In this document: in pieces, positions 16,318 to 25,524 of the stretch | Layout of the letters: every line of letters begins with the position of its first letter | Numbering within the stretch: position 1 is the first letter of the stretch | NCBI GenBank assembly: GCA_963663275.1 | Contig: OY760183.1 | Coordinates: forward strand, 1,024,001-1,088,000 | Length of the DNA stretch: 64,000 nucleotides | DNA from: Chloroflexota bacterium | Lineage (GTDB): Bacteria; Chloroflexota; UBA11872; VXOZ01 | Direction of reading: 5' to 3' | Notes under the pieces: model-generated | The model's input: only the letters and a program-made list of their open reading frames with translations | Database searches by the model: none | Told to the model about the DNA's origin: nothing | Made by a program: the position numbers and the translations under genes

Positions 16318-18102
16318 GTATTCCAGCGACTGATGCCGGAAGTACGTATCGTAGAGGTCGGCGTAGTGGCCGTTCGCGGCCAGCAGCGTGTGGTGCGTGC
16401 CTTCCTCCAGGATACGGCCGTTGTCCAGCACCAGAATACGGTCGGCGTGCTGCACCGTATAGAGCCGGTGGGCGATGACGATGGACGTGCGGTCGCGCAT
16501 GACCGCTTCCACGCCTTCCTGGATTTGCACCTCGGTGAAGGGATCAACGCTCGCGGTGGCCTCGTCCAGAATGAAGACCGCCGGGTCTTTCAGCATCACC
16601 CGCGCCAGGGCCACCAGTTGGCGCTGGCCCATGGAGAGCCGTCCGCCGCGCTCGCCCACGTCGGTATCCAGCCCGTTGGGCAAGTCGGCCAGCCAAGCGC
16701 CGCCGGCGATGTGTTCCACCGCCCGCAGCGCGTCGGCCTCAGTGGCCTGGGGCTTGCCGTAGCGGATATTCTCGCCCACCGTGCCGCTGAAGAGGAACGG
16801 CGACTGGGGCACGATGCCGATCCGGCGGCGGTACGCCGCCAGGTTGAACGCCCGGATGTCGCGCCCGTCCACGAGCAATTCGCCCTCCTGGAACTCGTAG
16901 AAGCGCGCCACCAGCCGCACGATGCTGGTCTTGCCGGAGCCGGTGTGCCCCACCAAGGCGATGGACTCGCCCGGCCGGATGTTCAGGCTGAAGTCCGGCA
17001 GCACGATTTCGCTGGGGTTGTAACTGAAGCGCAGGTTGCGAAAGGCGAAGCCGCCGCGCAGGTCGCCGGCGGGCGCGTCGCCGGTCTGCACCACCCGCAG
17101 CTCGGCGTCGATCAGCCCGAACACGCGCTCGCTGGCGGCAAGGCCGTTCTGGAATTGGCTCCAGAACGAGGCAATCTGCGTGAGCGGAAACCAGAAGAAC
17201 ATGAGCGCTTGGATGAAGAGATACCAATCGCCCACGCTCATCGCGCCGGACGCGGTGTTCAACCCGCCAAAATAGACGATGACCGCCGTGCCAATGCCGG
17301 CCGTGGCGTTGAAGACCGGAAAGAAGGTATTGAGCACGATACCTTGCCGGAAGTTCACCCGGTACGCCTGCTGGTTGATGCGGACGAAATCGTCGTGCAC
17401 CGCCTTCTCCTGGCGGAAGACTTTGGCCACGGCAATACCGCTGATCGACTCTTCGATATGCGCGTTCACCTGCGCCATGATGCGCCGCGCGTGCAGCGAG
17501 GTCTCGCGCGCGATACGCCGGAACACGAGCGAGATCGCCGCCACCAACGGCGCCATCGCTACCGTAATCAGCCCCAGTTGCAGATTGATGACGAGCAGCA
17601 CGCACCCCATCAGCAGCACCAGCATCACCTGGCTGATGAGATTCATCGTCAGCGAGACCGTCTCCGCGAAACCGTCGGTATCCGAGGAGACCCGGCTGAC
17701 TAGCTTACCGGTGGGCTGATCGTCGAAGAACGAGAGGTCGTGCCCCATGGTGGCGTTGAAGGCATCCTCGCGAATCTTGAGGGTCACGTTGCCGATGGCC
17801 ACGGCGCCGAGCCACTGGCGGAGAAAATTGAGGCCCCACGAGACGCCGCTCAACACCAGAATGGCGCTGACGAGGATCACCATGAACTGCGTGGCGGGAT
17901 TGGCGACGACAAGGTCGATGCCGCGGGAGATGAGAATCGGCACCGCCGTATCGGTGAGCGAACCCACGAAGACGGCGAGCGCCACCACGAGCATGGGACG
18001 CGCTTGCGGACGGAAATACGTGATGATGCGGCGCAGCAACGCGCGATCGCCGTACTCGCGATCGTACGAATCCGCGTCGAGGCCGTCCATTACGAAGCCC
18101 AT
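16297..18102 (-). CDS. ABC exporter subunit (TMD+NBD), partner of a heterodimer
   Basis: GHTGSGKTS, LSMGQRQ, ILDEAT, IAHRL; N-terminal TM domain. Confidence 0.95.
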   Translation of the reverse strand: MGFVMDGLDADSYDREYGDRALLRRIITYFRPQARPMLVVALAVFVGSLTDTAVPILISRGIDLVVANPATQFMVILVSAILVLSGVSWGLNFLRQWLGAVAIGNVTLKIREDAFNATMGHDLSFFDDQPTGKLVSRVSSDTDGFAETVSLTMNLISQVMLVLLMGCVLLVINLQLGLITVAMAPLVAAISLVFRRIARETSLHARRIMAQVNAHIEESISGIAVAKVFRQEKAVHDDFVRINQQAYRVNFRQGIVLNTFFPVFNATAGIGTAVIVYFGGLNTASGAMSVGDWYLFIQALMFFWFPLTQIASFWSQFQNGLAASERVFGLIDAELRVVQTGDAPAGDLRGGFAFRNLRFSYNPSEIVLPDFSLNIRPGESIALVGHTGSGKTSIVRLVARFYEFQEGELLVDGRDIRAFNLAAYRRRIGIVPQSPFLFSGTVGENIRYGKPQATEADALRAVEHIAGGAWLADLPNGLDTDVGERGGRLSMGQRQLVALARVMLKDPAVFILDEATASVDPFTEVQIQEGVEAVMRDRTSIVIAHRLYTVQHADRILVLDNGRILEEGTHHTLLAANGHYADLYDTYFRHQSLEYVESVVR

Positions 18103-18376
18103 CGGCGTATCCTCATGCGGCGGCGCTGTCCGCGCGCCGGTTGCTCTATGCGCGAGCGATGCCGCGTGGCGCGAATGCCAATCTTCCCCTCACCCTAACC
18201 CTCTCCCCCAGGAGAGGGGACTTGCGGTATGGGGCACGTTCCCCCTTACCCTAACCCTCTTCCCCGAGGAGAGGGAATCTGTCGTAGCGCGGGGGCTTGT
18301 CCCCCGCCTCCGGCAGCCCGAAATACACCACGCGGCGCGGGGCCTGTTATCCCCTCACCCTAACCCTCTCCCCCAG

Positions 18377-18517
18377 GAAACCTTTGCGTAACTCCGTCAT
18401 TCCGGTGAAAACCGGAATCCAGAGGTGCGTTTACCGTTTCCGATTGCTTGCCGTCAAGCCTTCTCACCCCCATCCCAGCCATTCTCGACGCGAGGGGATG
18501 AGTTACGCAAAGGTCTC
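18377..18517. mobile_element. IS5-like MITE inserted in a REP loop
   Basis: TIRs GAAACCTTTGCGTAAC / GTTACGCAAAGGTCTC; TSD CCCAG at 18372-18376 and 18518-18522. Confidence 0.85.
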
Positions 18518-18556
18518 CCCAGGAGAGGGAATCTGTCGTAGCGCGGGGGCTTGACC

Positions 18557-18807
18557 TCATGTTGTCGCATTAACTCGATGAGAATGAAGGTTACGCTCGT
18601 TTCTCCGGTGGCGCAGGTTCGCGCGGGAGGTGCGCATAAGCTGCGTCTTCCGTAGGGTCAATCCATTTCGTTAGCACTCTTTTGGTCCGGCGGGGGACAA
18701 GCCCCCGCGCTACGTTAATGCGACAGTATTGGGGACAAGCCCCCGCGCTACGTTAATGCGACAGTATTGGGGACAAGCCCCCGCGCTACGTTAATGCGAC
18801 AACATTA
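18557..18807. mobile_element. IS4-ended MITE with three stacked right ends, inserted in a GTAGCGCGGGGGCTTGTCCCCCGCC REP
   Basis: Left TCATGTTGTCGCATTAA; right TTAATGCGACAGTATTG at 18715 and 18753 and TTAATGCGACAACATTA at 18791; flanks GGGCTTGACC / GGGCTTGTCC. Confidence 0.85.
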
Positions 18808-18849
18808 GGGCTTGTCCCCCGCCTCCGGTCTCTTGCCTGCCTCCGGCTT

Positions 18850-20652
18850 CTAATCGCTCGCCGCGGTGGCGGGCACGGCGGCCGCGTAGCGTTCGTCCCG
18901 GTGGGCGAAGATATTGCGGTAGGCCGCGCTGCGCGCCATCAGTTCCTCGTGCGTGCCTTGGTCTTCCAACTCGCCGCCGCGCATGACCAGAATGCGGTCG
19001 GCCCAGCGAATCTGCGAGAGCCGGTGGGTAATCAGGAACGTCGTCCGTCCGCGCAGGATATTGCGCAGGGCGCGTTGAATCTGGTCCTCGGTGGCGCTGT
19101 CGATCGCGCTGGTCGAGTCGTCCAGCACCAGGATGCGCGGGTCGGCCAGGAAGGCGCGGGCGATGGCGATGCGTTGGCGTTGCCCGCCGGAGAGCGTCAC
19201 GCCGCGCTCGCCCACCACCGTATCGTACCCATCCGCAAAGCTCATGATGAAGTCGTGGGCCTGGGCCTGTTTCGCCACCGCCTCGATCTCCGCCCGGCTG
19301 ACCGGACGGCGCACGCCAAACGCGATGTTCTCCGCCAACGTGCGCGAAAAGAGGAAGACGTCCTGGTCGATGGTGGCAATCTGGGAGCGCAGCGATTCCA
19401 TCGACCACACGCGCACGTCCACGCCGTCGATCAACACGCGCCCGTCCGCGACCTCGTAGATGCGGTTGATGAGGCGGGTGAGGGTGGACTTGCCGGAACC
19501 GGTCTGGCCCACAATGGCGATCGTCTCGCCCGGTTGCGCCTTGAAGCTGACGCTCTTGAGCGTGTTGGCGTCCTGATAGCCGAACGAGACGCTGTCGAAC
19601 TCCACCGCGCCTTCGATGCGCCGCTCGATGCCGGCCCGGTTTTCGTCGATTTCCGTTTCCGCGTTCAGGATAGCCAGGATGCGGTCCGCGCCGGCCGTGC
19701 CCAGCTTGACCAGCGAGAAGGCGAAGATCGATACGAACGTGGGAAACCGCAGCATCGCCAGGAATCCCATGAAGGCAATCACGTCGCCCAGCGACAAGGC
19801 GTTGTTCGTGTAGAGATAGAGCGCGTGCGCCAGGCCGAGCGCGAGCGTGAACGAGAACATGAGCAGCGGCAGGTAGAGCGCCTGGATCCTGCCCTGTTGG
19901 ACGAAGAGGTCGCGGTAGTCCGCCGCCTTGGCGCGAAAACGGCCGTATTCCTGCTGCTCCTGGGCGTTCGACTTCACCACCTCGATGCCGGCGATCGCCT
20001 CGGTCAGGGTGGCGTTCAACATGCCGAACTGGGCGCGCAGCGCGCCGGCCACCGGGCCCAGGCGGTTCAAGTAGCCCCGCAAGGCAACCAGGAAGAGCAG
20101 CAGGAAAGCCACCGGAATCGGCAGCAGGGCCGCGTCCACGAAGATCGCGATGGCCGCGATCGGCGCCACCATGTTCACAAGCCACTCGGACAGCAGGAGC
20201 AGGCCGGGATTCACCATCAGGTTGAGTTGGCGCACGTCGTTGGTGGCGCGGGCCATGATGTCGCCGACGCGCTGTTGGCCGTGGTAGGTCTGGCTCTTGC
20301 CCAGCAGGTTTACGTAGAGTTCGTCGCGCACGTCGCGCTCCATGCGCAGGGCCACGATTTCGGCGGTGTAGTTGGCCAGCAGTTGCAGCGCGCCCCGGAG
20401 CACGCTGATGCCGAGTATCGCCAGGCCGAAACCCAGGAGCACACGCGCCCCGGCGTCCGCCTGCGCCACGGCGTCGAACGCCTCGCCCATCAGCCTTGGC
20501 ACCTGCACCGCCGCCACCACCACGCCGGCCCGAAAGAGCGTGCCGATCACCACGTGCAGCGGGTAGCGCATGGCGTGGCTGGCCAACCACCGCAGCACGG
20601 AAGAACGGTCGTAGGTATGTTCGCTATCGGGCGTGAACTCGCGCTTGGCCAC
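18850..20652 (-). CDS. ABC exporter subunit (TMD+NBD) with degenerate Walker B (DDS)
   Basis: Probable GTG start at 20652 (VAKREF); GQTGSGKST, LSGGQRQR, VLDDSTS, typical of heterodimeric exporters. Confidence 0.93.
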   Translation of the reverse strand: MAKREFTPDSEHTYDRSSVLRWLASHAMRYPLHVVIGTLFRAGVVVAAVQVPRLMGEAFDAVAQADAGARVLLGFGLAILGISVLRGALQLLANYTAEIVALRMERDVRDELYVNLLGKSQTYHGQQRVGDIMARATNDVRQLNLMVNPGLLLLSEWLVNMVAPIAAIAIFVDAALLPIPVAFLLLFLVALRGYLNRLGPVAGALRAQFGMLNATLTEAIAGIEVVKSNAQEQQEYGRFRAKAADYRDLFVQQGRIQALYLPLLMFSFTLALGLAHALYLYTNNALSLGDVIAFMGFLAMLRFPTFVSIFAFSLVKLGTAGADRILAILNAETEIDENRAGIERRIEGAVEFDSVSFGYQDANTLKSVSFKAQPGETIAIVGQTGSGKSTLTRLINRIYEVADGRVLIDGVDVRVWSMESLRSQIATIDQDVFLFSRTLAENIAFGVRRPVSRAEIEAVAKQAQAHDFIMSFADGYDTVVGERGVTLSGGQRQRIAIARAFLADPRILVLDDSTSAIDSATEDQIQRALRNILRGRTTFLITHRLSQIRWADRILVMRGGELEDQGTHEELMARSAAYRNIFAHRDERYAAAVPATAASD

Positions 20653-20870
20653 GTGCGTCTCCGGGGAGTGTGGACCGTATGCCGTCACTTCACTATAACA
20701 CCCCGCACGGCTTGGGAAATATTTTGCGATACCGGAATACCCCGCGCCGCGCGCGCAAAACGGCGCCGCCGGCCGCATTGTGGCGCGCAGGCACTTGTTC
20801 AATTGCACGAAAACTAGGTACATTAGAGTGTAGAACCATCGGACCTGGTAAATCGAGAGTGGAGCGTGTT

Positions 20871-21464
20871 GTGAAGAGAACGGCTGCGCAACGCCATTGG
20901 CGGCAGGTTTGGCGGGTATTCCTGGGCGTGCTGGGGTGCGCTCTCTTGTTGGGCGGGTGCATCTCGCAGCCGCAAGGCGTGGTGATCAACACCAAGCCCA
21001 CGCCCACGCCCACGCCGATCCTCGGCGACCCCGACAACCCCAAGGTCATCACCGTGACGGTGGCGGACAATACGGTGCCGCCTACCGGTGTCGGCATTCT
21101 CTGGATCAACCGGAGCGTGGGCTGGGCGGCGTACGAGAGTCCCGGCGACGGGCGCTTGCCGCCGGATGAGTACGGCGTGCAGGTGTTCATCGACGACAAG
21201 CGCATGGGCGTCATCTGGCCCGATGAGACCGGCGGCCTGGGGCCGCGTCCGCTGGCGGTGCCCCAGAACGTGTGGGGGTTCGAGCGGGGTCAGCACGTCC
21301 TCAAGTTCGTGCAGCAAGGGCCCGAGGTCTGGCGGGAGTCCACGGACGTCATCATCATCGTGACGGACGACTTCAAGCCCACGCCCACGATTCCGCCCAG
21401 TCCGACGCCGCTGCCGCCGCCGACGCCGTCCCCGATACCGACGCCGTCGCCCCGGCCCGGATAG
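20871..21464 (+). CDS. Hypothetical lipoprotein with Pro/Thr-rich linkers
   Basis: LLGGC lipobox after a hydrophobic stretch; PTPTPT repeats at both ends. Confidence 0.7.
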   Translation: MKRTAAQRHWRQVWRVFLGVLGCALLLGGCISQPQGVVINTKPTPTPTPILGDPDNPKVITVTVADNTVPPTGVGILWINRSVGWAAYESPGDGRLPPDEYGVQVFIDDKRMGVIWPDETGGLGPRPLAVPQNVWGFERGQHVLKFVQQGPEVWRESTDVIIIVTDDFKPTPTIPPSPTPLPPPTPSPIPTPSPRPG

Positions 21465-21467
21465 CGC

Positions 21468-22760
21468 ATGGCGGCTTCTCCTGACGGCGGCGTGGGCGTC
21501 GTGCTGCTGGCCGCGGGCGAGTCGCGGCGCATGACGGCGGCTGCCGCGCGGAATGGGCCTCTGTCGCCGGCGCCGGTTTCGGCGCGGGCCGCAATGCCGA
21601 AGGCCCTGCTGCCGTGGCTTGGCCGCCCGTTGATCCAGTATCAACTCGAGCAAATCGGCGCGGTCGCCGCGCACACGGTAGTTGTCACCGGCTTCCACGC
21701 CGCGCGGGTGACGCCGCTCGTCGAGCCGTTTACCGGCGTGCGCGTGATAGAAAATCCCGCTCCCGAGCGCGGCAGGGCCTCGTCGATCGTGTGCGGCGTG
21801 CGGGCGCTGCCGGAGTCGCTCGCGGCTGTGGCCGTGATCAACGTGGATCAACCGTGCGCCGCCGCGACCCTGGCGCAACTCATCGCGGCGCAGGCGGCGG
21901 GCGGCAGCTTGATTACGCTGCCCCGCTACCAGGGCCGGCGCGGCCACCCGCCGCTCTTTGCCGCCGGCCTGCGGCGCGCACTGCTGGACGTGCGCGAGGA
22001 GAGCCAGGGGCTGAAGGCGGTCAGCCGCGCCCACCGCGCCGCCACGGCCTACGTGGACGTGGATGACCCCAGCGTGGTGTGGAATTTGAACACGCCGGCC
22101 GACTACCGGCAAGCGCACCGGCGGCAGATCTTGCTGGCTACCACCAATCCCGCCAAGGCGGAGCATCTCGCCTGGCTGCTTGAGGGCGTGCCCCTGCGGC
22201 GCGTGACGCTGGCGGAGGCGGGCCTGCGCCGGCATACACCCCCGCCGGAGACGGAGACCACGTTGGAGGAGATCGCCCGGAGCAAGGCAGTGGCGTGGTC
22301 GCGGGCGTTTGGCGGCCTGGCGCTGGCCTCCGACGGCGGCGTTGCCATTCCGGCGCTGGGCGACGCCTGGGAGGAGCGGCTCACGGCGCGGTTCGCGGGT
22401 CCTGCGGCTAGCGATCGCCAGCGGGTGGAGGCGCTGCTGGCGCTGCTCCGGCCCTACCGGGGCGCGGAACGCCGTGTGGTCTTCCACGAGTGCGTGGCGC
22501 TGGCCGACAACGGTACCCTCTTGCGCTCGTGGCGCGGGGAGAGCGCGCCGGGCCTGCTGGCGGAGTCGTTTCAACCGGAGCAGGTCGTCCCCGGCTTCTG
22601 GCTGCTCACGCTATGGCGCGATGCCCGCACGGGACGGCGCTTTGACGCGCTCGCGCCCGACGACCCGGCCTATCAGGAGGGCGCGTGGGCGCGCATCAAG
22701 CCCCGGGCGCAAGCCTACCTGCGGGACTTTGCCGAGCGCCGCCTCAACCCGGCAACGTGA
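21468..22760 (+). CDS. Fusion: MocA/MobA-like nucleotidyltransferase + Ham1-like NTP pyrophosphatase domain
   Basis: N-half LAAGESRRM, PKALL, VDQP, GHPPLF, NLNTPADY; C-half LLATTNPAK, ETTLEEIARSKA, ASDGG. Confidence 0.8.
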   Translation: MAASPDGGVGVVLLAAGESRRMTAAAARNGPLSPAPVSARAAMPKALLPWLGRPLIQYQLEQIGAVAAHTVVVTGFHAARVTPLVEPFTGVRVIENPAPERGRASSIVCGVRALPESLAAVAVINVDQPCAAATLAQLIAAQAAGGSLITLPRYQGRRGHPPLFAAGLRRALLDVREESQGLKAVSRAHRAATAYVDVDDPSVVWNLNTPADYRQAHRRQILLATTNPAKAEHLAWLLEGVPLRRVTLAEAGLRRHTPPPETETTLEEIARSKAVAWSRAFGGLALASDGGVAIPALGDAWEERLTARFAGPAASDRQRVEALLALLRPYRGAERRVVFHECVALADNGTLLRSWRGESAPGLLAESFQPEQVVPGFWLLTLWRDARTGRRFDALAPDDPAYQEGAWARIKPRAQAYLRDFAERRLNPAT

Positions 22761-23751
22761 GGATCGCGCCGGACCGCTCTTTCCCATCCTCGGCGATTGC
22801 CACCAGCCCGTCGCGCTCCAGATCCCGCGACAGTTCCCACAAGAACGCGGCCGGCGGCTGCGCGGCGGCGTGGTCGTGGACGCGGCGCACAACCGCCGCA
22901 AATGCCAGGCCGTCCGGCGGACACTCCCGCAGCGCGGCCACGATGCGCCCCCGGTAGTAGCGCCGCGAGCCGGTGAACGCGCCCTGGCCCTTGGGACGCA
23001 GTGACGGCAGATCCTCAATCTCGCCGCCGCGCCGCGCCTGGCACCACGCGGAGAGCGGACAGCGCGCGCAGTCCGGCCGGCGGGAGACGCAAACACCGGA
23101 GCCGAGGTCCATGAGCGCCTGATTCCAACGCGCGGAATGCTTGGCGGGCACGAGGCTATCGGCCAACGCCTGAAACTGGCGCGCCGTCGGCCCTTCGATC
23201 CCGCAGAGCGCGCTGAGGTCTCGCTGAAAGACACGACCCAGCACCCGCCGCACGTTGGTATCAACCACCGCCGCCGGCGCGTTCCCCACGAAACTCAGCA
23301 GCGCCCGCGCCGTATACGCGCCGATGCCGGGGAGTTCCAGCAGCGCCTCCAGGCGCATGGGCAACCGGCCGCCGTGCTCGCGCACGATTGCCCGCGCCGC
23401 CCGGTGCAGGTGCACGGCGCGGCGGTTGTAACCCAGCCCGGCCCAGAGGCGTATGACCTCCGCGCGCGGCGCGGCCGCCAACTGGCGCAGCGTGGGATAG
23501 CGCGTGAGGAAAGCCTGGTACTTGGGAATGACGCGCTCGACCTGGGTCTGCTGCAGCATCATCTCGGCCAGGAAGATGCGGTACGCGCTCTTGTTCTTCC
23601 GCCAGGGCAGCGCGCGGCGGTGGGCGCGGTACCAGCGCAGTAAGGCCGCTTGGAGAGCCGCCGCGGTTTCAGGCTGCGCGTTCAGCGCGCCATCGGCGGA
23701 CGCAACGCAATACTCGGCGTTCCGTTCTTCCTGACGGGGTTGGTTTTGCAT
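22744..23751 (-). CDS. mutY: A/G-specific adenine glycosylase (short MutY, HhH-GPD + FeS)
   Basis: LPWR, EMMLQQTQV, GLGYNRRA, LPGIGAYTA, VDTNVRRV, CVSRRPDCARCPLSAWC. Confidence 0.88.
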   Translation of the reverse strand: MQNQPRQEERNAEYCVASADGALNAQPETAAALQAALLRWYRAHRRALPWRKNKSAYRIFLAEMMLQQTQVERVIPKYQAFLTRYPTLRQLAAAPRAEVIRLWAGLGYNRRAVHLHRAARAIVREHGGRLPMRLEALLELPGIGAYTARALLSFVGNAPAAVVDTNVRRVLGRVFQRDLSALCGIEGPTARQFQALADSLVPAKHSARWNQALMDLGSGVCVSRRPDCARCPLSAWCQARRGGEIEDLPSLRPKGQGAFTGSRRYYRGRIVAALRECPPDGLAFAAVVRRVHDHAAAQPPAAFLWELSRDLERDGLVAIAEDGKERSGAILTLPG

Positions 23752-23869
23752 GAGTCTGCTGAATTGTCCTTGAGAGAGGGTGCGCGTAGGCGGGCCGCCT
23801 GAACGTCGCGGAGCGCGTCCGCCGCGCGGCCCCGGTGCAATGCGCGCTTTGCGCTCCTAAGGAACGAGT

Positions 23870-24766
23870 ATGCCACAGGCGCTCTATGAAGAAGTGCGGT
23901 GCAAGACGGCCCTGACCCGGGTGCGAAACATGGCGTTTGGCTGGAGCGTCAACCCTTATCGCGGCTGCACCCACGGCTGTCACTACTGCTTTGCCCGCAG
24001 CACGCACTTCTACTACGACCTGAACGCGGACGAAGAGTTTTCCTCGATCATCTTCGTCAAGGTGAACGTCGCTGAAGCGCTGCGCCTGGAGCTTTCCGCG
24101 CCCCGCTGGCGGCGCGAGCGCGTGGTGCTGGGCACGGCCACCGACCCGTATCAGCCAATCGAGGGCAGGTACCGCCTGAGCCGCGCCGTCCTGGAAGCCC
24201 TCCTCGACTTCCGCACGCCGGTTTCCATCATCACCAAGTCCTCCCTGGTGGTGCGCGACGCGGACCTGCTGGCGGAAATCGCGCGGCGCGTAGGCTGCAC
24301 GGTGAACTTCAGCCTGACTACGCTGGACCGGGCGCTGTGGCGGCGGCTGGAGCCCGGCACGGCGCCGCCCGGGCAACGGCTGCGCGCCATGCAACGCCTG
24401 GCCGCGGCCGGCGTGCACGCGGGCGTGCTGCTCGCTCCGGTCATACCCGGCATGACGGACACGAAAGAGAACCTGGAGGCGGTGGCGCGCGCCGCGGCCG
24501 AGCACGACGCCCGCTTCATGGGCGCGAACGTGCTCAACCTGGGCGTCGGCGTCAAGGAGCATTTCTTAGAATACCTACAGAGTGAGTTTCCCTGGCTGCT
24601 GGGGGCCTACCGGCGGCTCTATCCCGGCCGCTACGCGCCGGAGCAATATACCGAACCGATCCATGACTACGTGCAGCTATTGCAGCAACGCTACGCCCTC
24701 GATAAGCGAGAGTCTACCCACGCTCCCCGGCCGGAGCCGCGCCAGCTTTCCCTCGATCTCACCTGA
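23870..24766 (+). CDS. Radical SAM protein, Rv2578c/SplB-like
   Basis: NPYRGCTHGCHYCFAR, GTATDPYQP, ITKS, LEPGTAPP, C-terminal QLSL. Confidence 0.9.
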   Translation: MPQALYEEVRCKTALTRVRNMAFGWSVNPYRGCTHGCHYCFARSTHFYYDLNADEEFSSIIFVKVNVAEALRLELSAPRWRRERVVLGTATDPYQPIEGRYRLSRAVLEALLDFRTPVSIITKSSLVVRDADLLAEIARRVGCTVNFSLTTLDRALWRRLEPGTAPPGQRLRAMQRLAAAGVHAGVLLAPVIPGMTDTKENLEAVARAAAEHDARFMGANVLNLGVGVKEHFLEYLQSEFPWLLGAYRRLYPGRYAPEQYTEPIHDYVQLLQQRYALDKRESTHAPRPEPRQLSLDLT

Positions 24767-24856
24767 GCCGCGCGCGGCACGGAAATCTTTGGGGTACTAT
24801 AGCGACAGCGGTTGCTTGCGACCGCCGTTGCCGCGTCGAAGGGAAGAGAGCGCCCG

Positions 24857-25249
24857 ATGGCTACAACGGTTCGGGGAACGGATCCGGATGCCGTCAAGCG
24901 GTATGCCCGGAGCAGCCGCGCGCTCCTCCGGCAAGCGCAAGCGGAACTCGCGAACGGTGACAAGAGACAGGCGTCCGAGAAAGCGTGGGGCGCGGCTGCC
25001 CTCATCGTCAAAGCGGTTGCCGCGCAAGAAGGCTGGGAGCATGAAACGCACCGCATGCTCTTCCGCAACGTGCGCAGGATCGTGCGCATGACGAAGCAAC
25101 CCGATACGGAAGACCTGTTCCACATCGCGAGTTCGCTGCACCAGAACTTCTATGAAGACTATCACGAGGCGGAAACTGTGCAACGAGGCGTCGAGCGCGT
25201 GGGAGTCTTCGTCCGCAGAATGGAAGGGCTTCTGGCAGCCGGCGCTTGA
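24857..25249 (+). CDS. PaREP1 family (HEPN-like) protein
   Basis: QASEKAWGAAA..VKA and LHQNFYE signatures. Confidence 0.82.
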   Translation: MATTVRGTDPDAVKRYARSSRALLRQAQAELANGDKRQASEKAWGAAALIVKAVAAQEGWEHETHRMLFRNVRRIVRMTKQPDTEDLFHIASSLHQNFYEDYHEAETVQRGVERVGVFVRRMEGLLAAGA

Positions 25250-25524
25250 CCGTTGCGCATGCTCGTCCGTTGTGCGCCGCTCGCGGAGGGAGGCGCTCCG
25301 GTTGGTTCTGGTGTCTTGGCAGTGCTGTTTCTCCGCCCATTCCCCCCTCACCCTAGCCCTCTCCCCAGGGAGAGGGAACAACTGCTGCGGCGAATGCCGG
25401 CCCGGCGCGGGAGCGCGCAGGCGGCTGCGGCGCGAGGTTACCGCGAATCTTGTTCGCGGAGTCTGAAGTTGCTATAGTGAATACAGACCCCGGCCCCGCC
25501 CGCAGATGAAAGAAGCCGCCAACC

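Noticed and set aside
18901-20817. Long antisense or shadow ORFs (also 7567-9240, 20823-22574, 45289-47028, 55819-57426, 60063-61697)
   Set aside because: They lie opposite well-supported genes, as expected at high GC.
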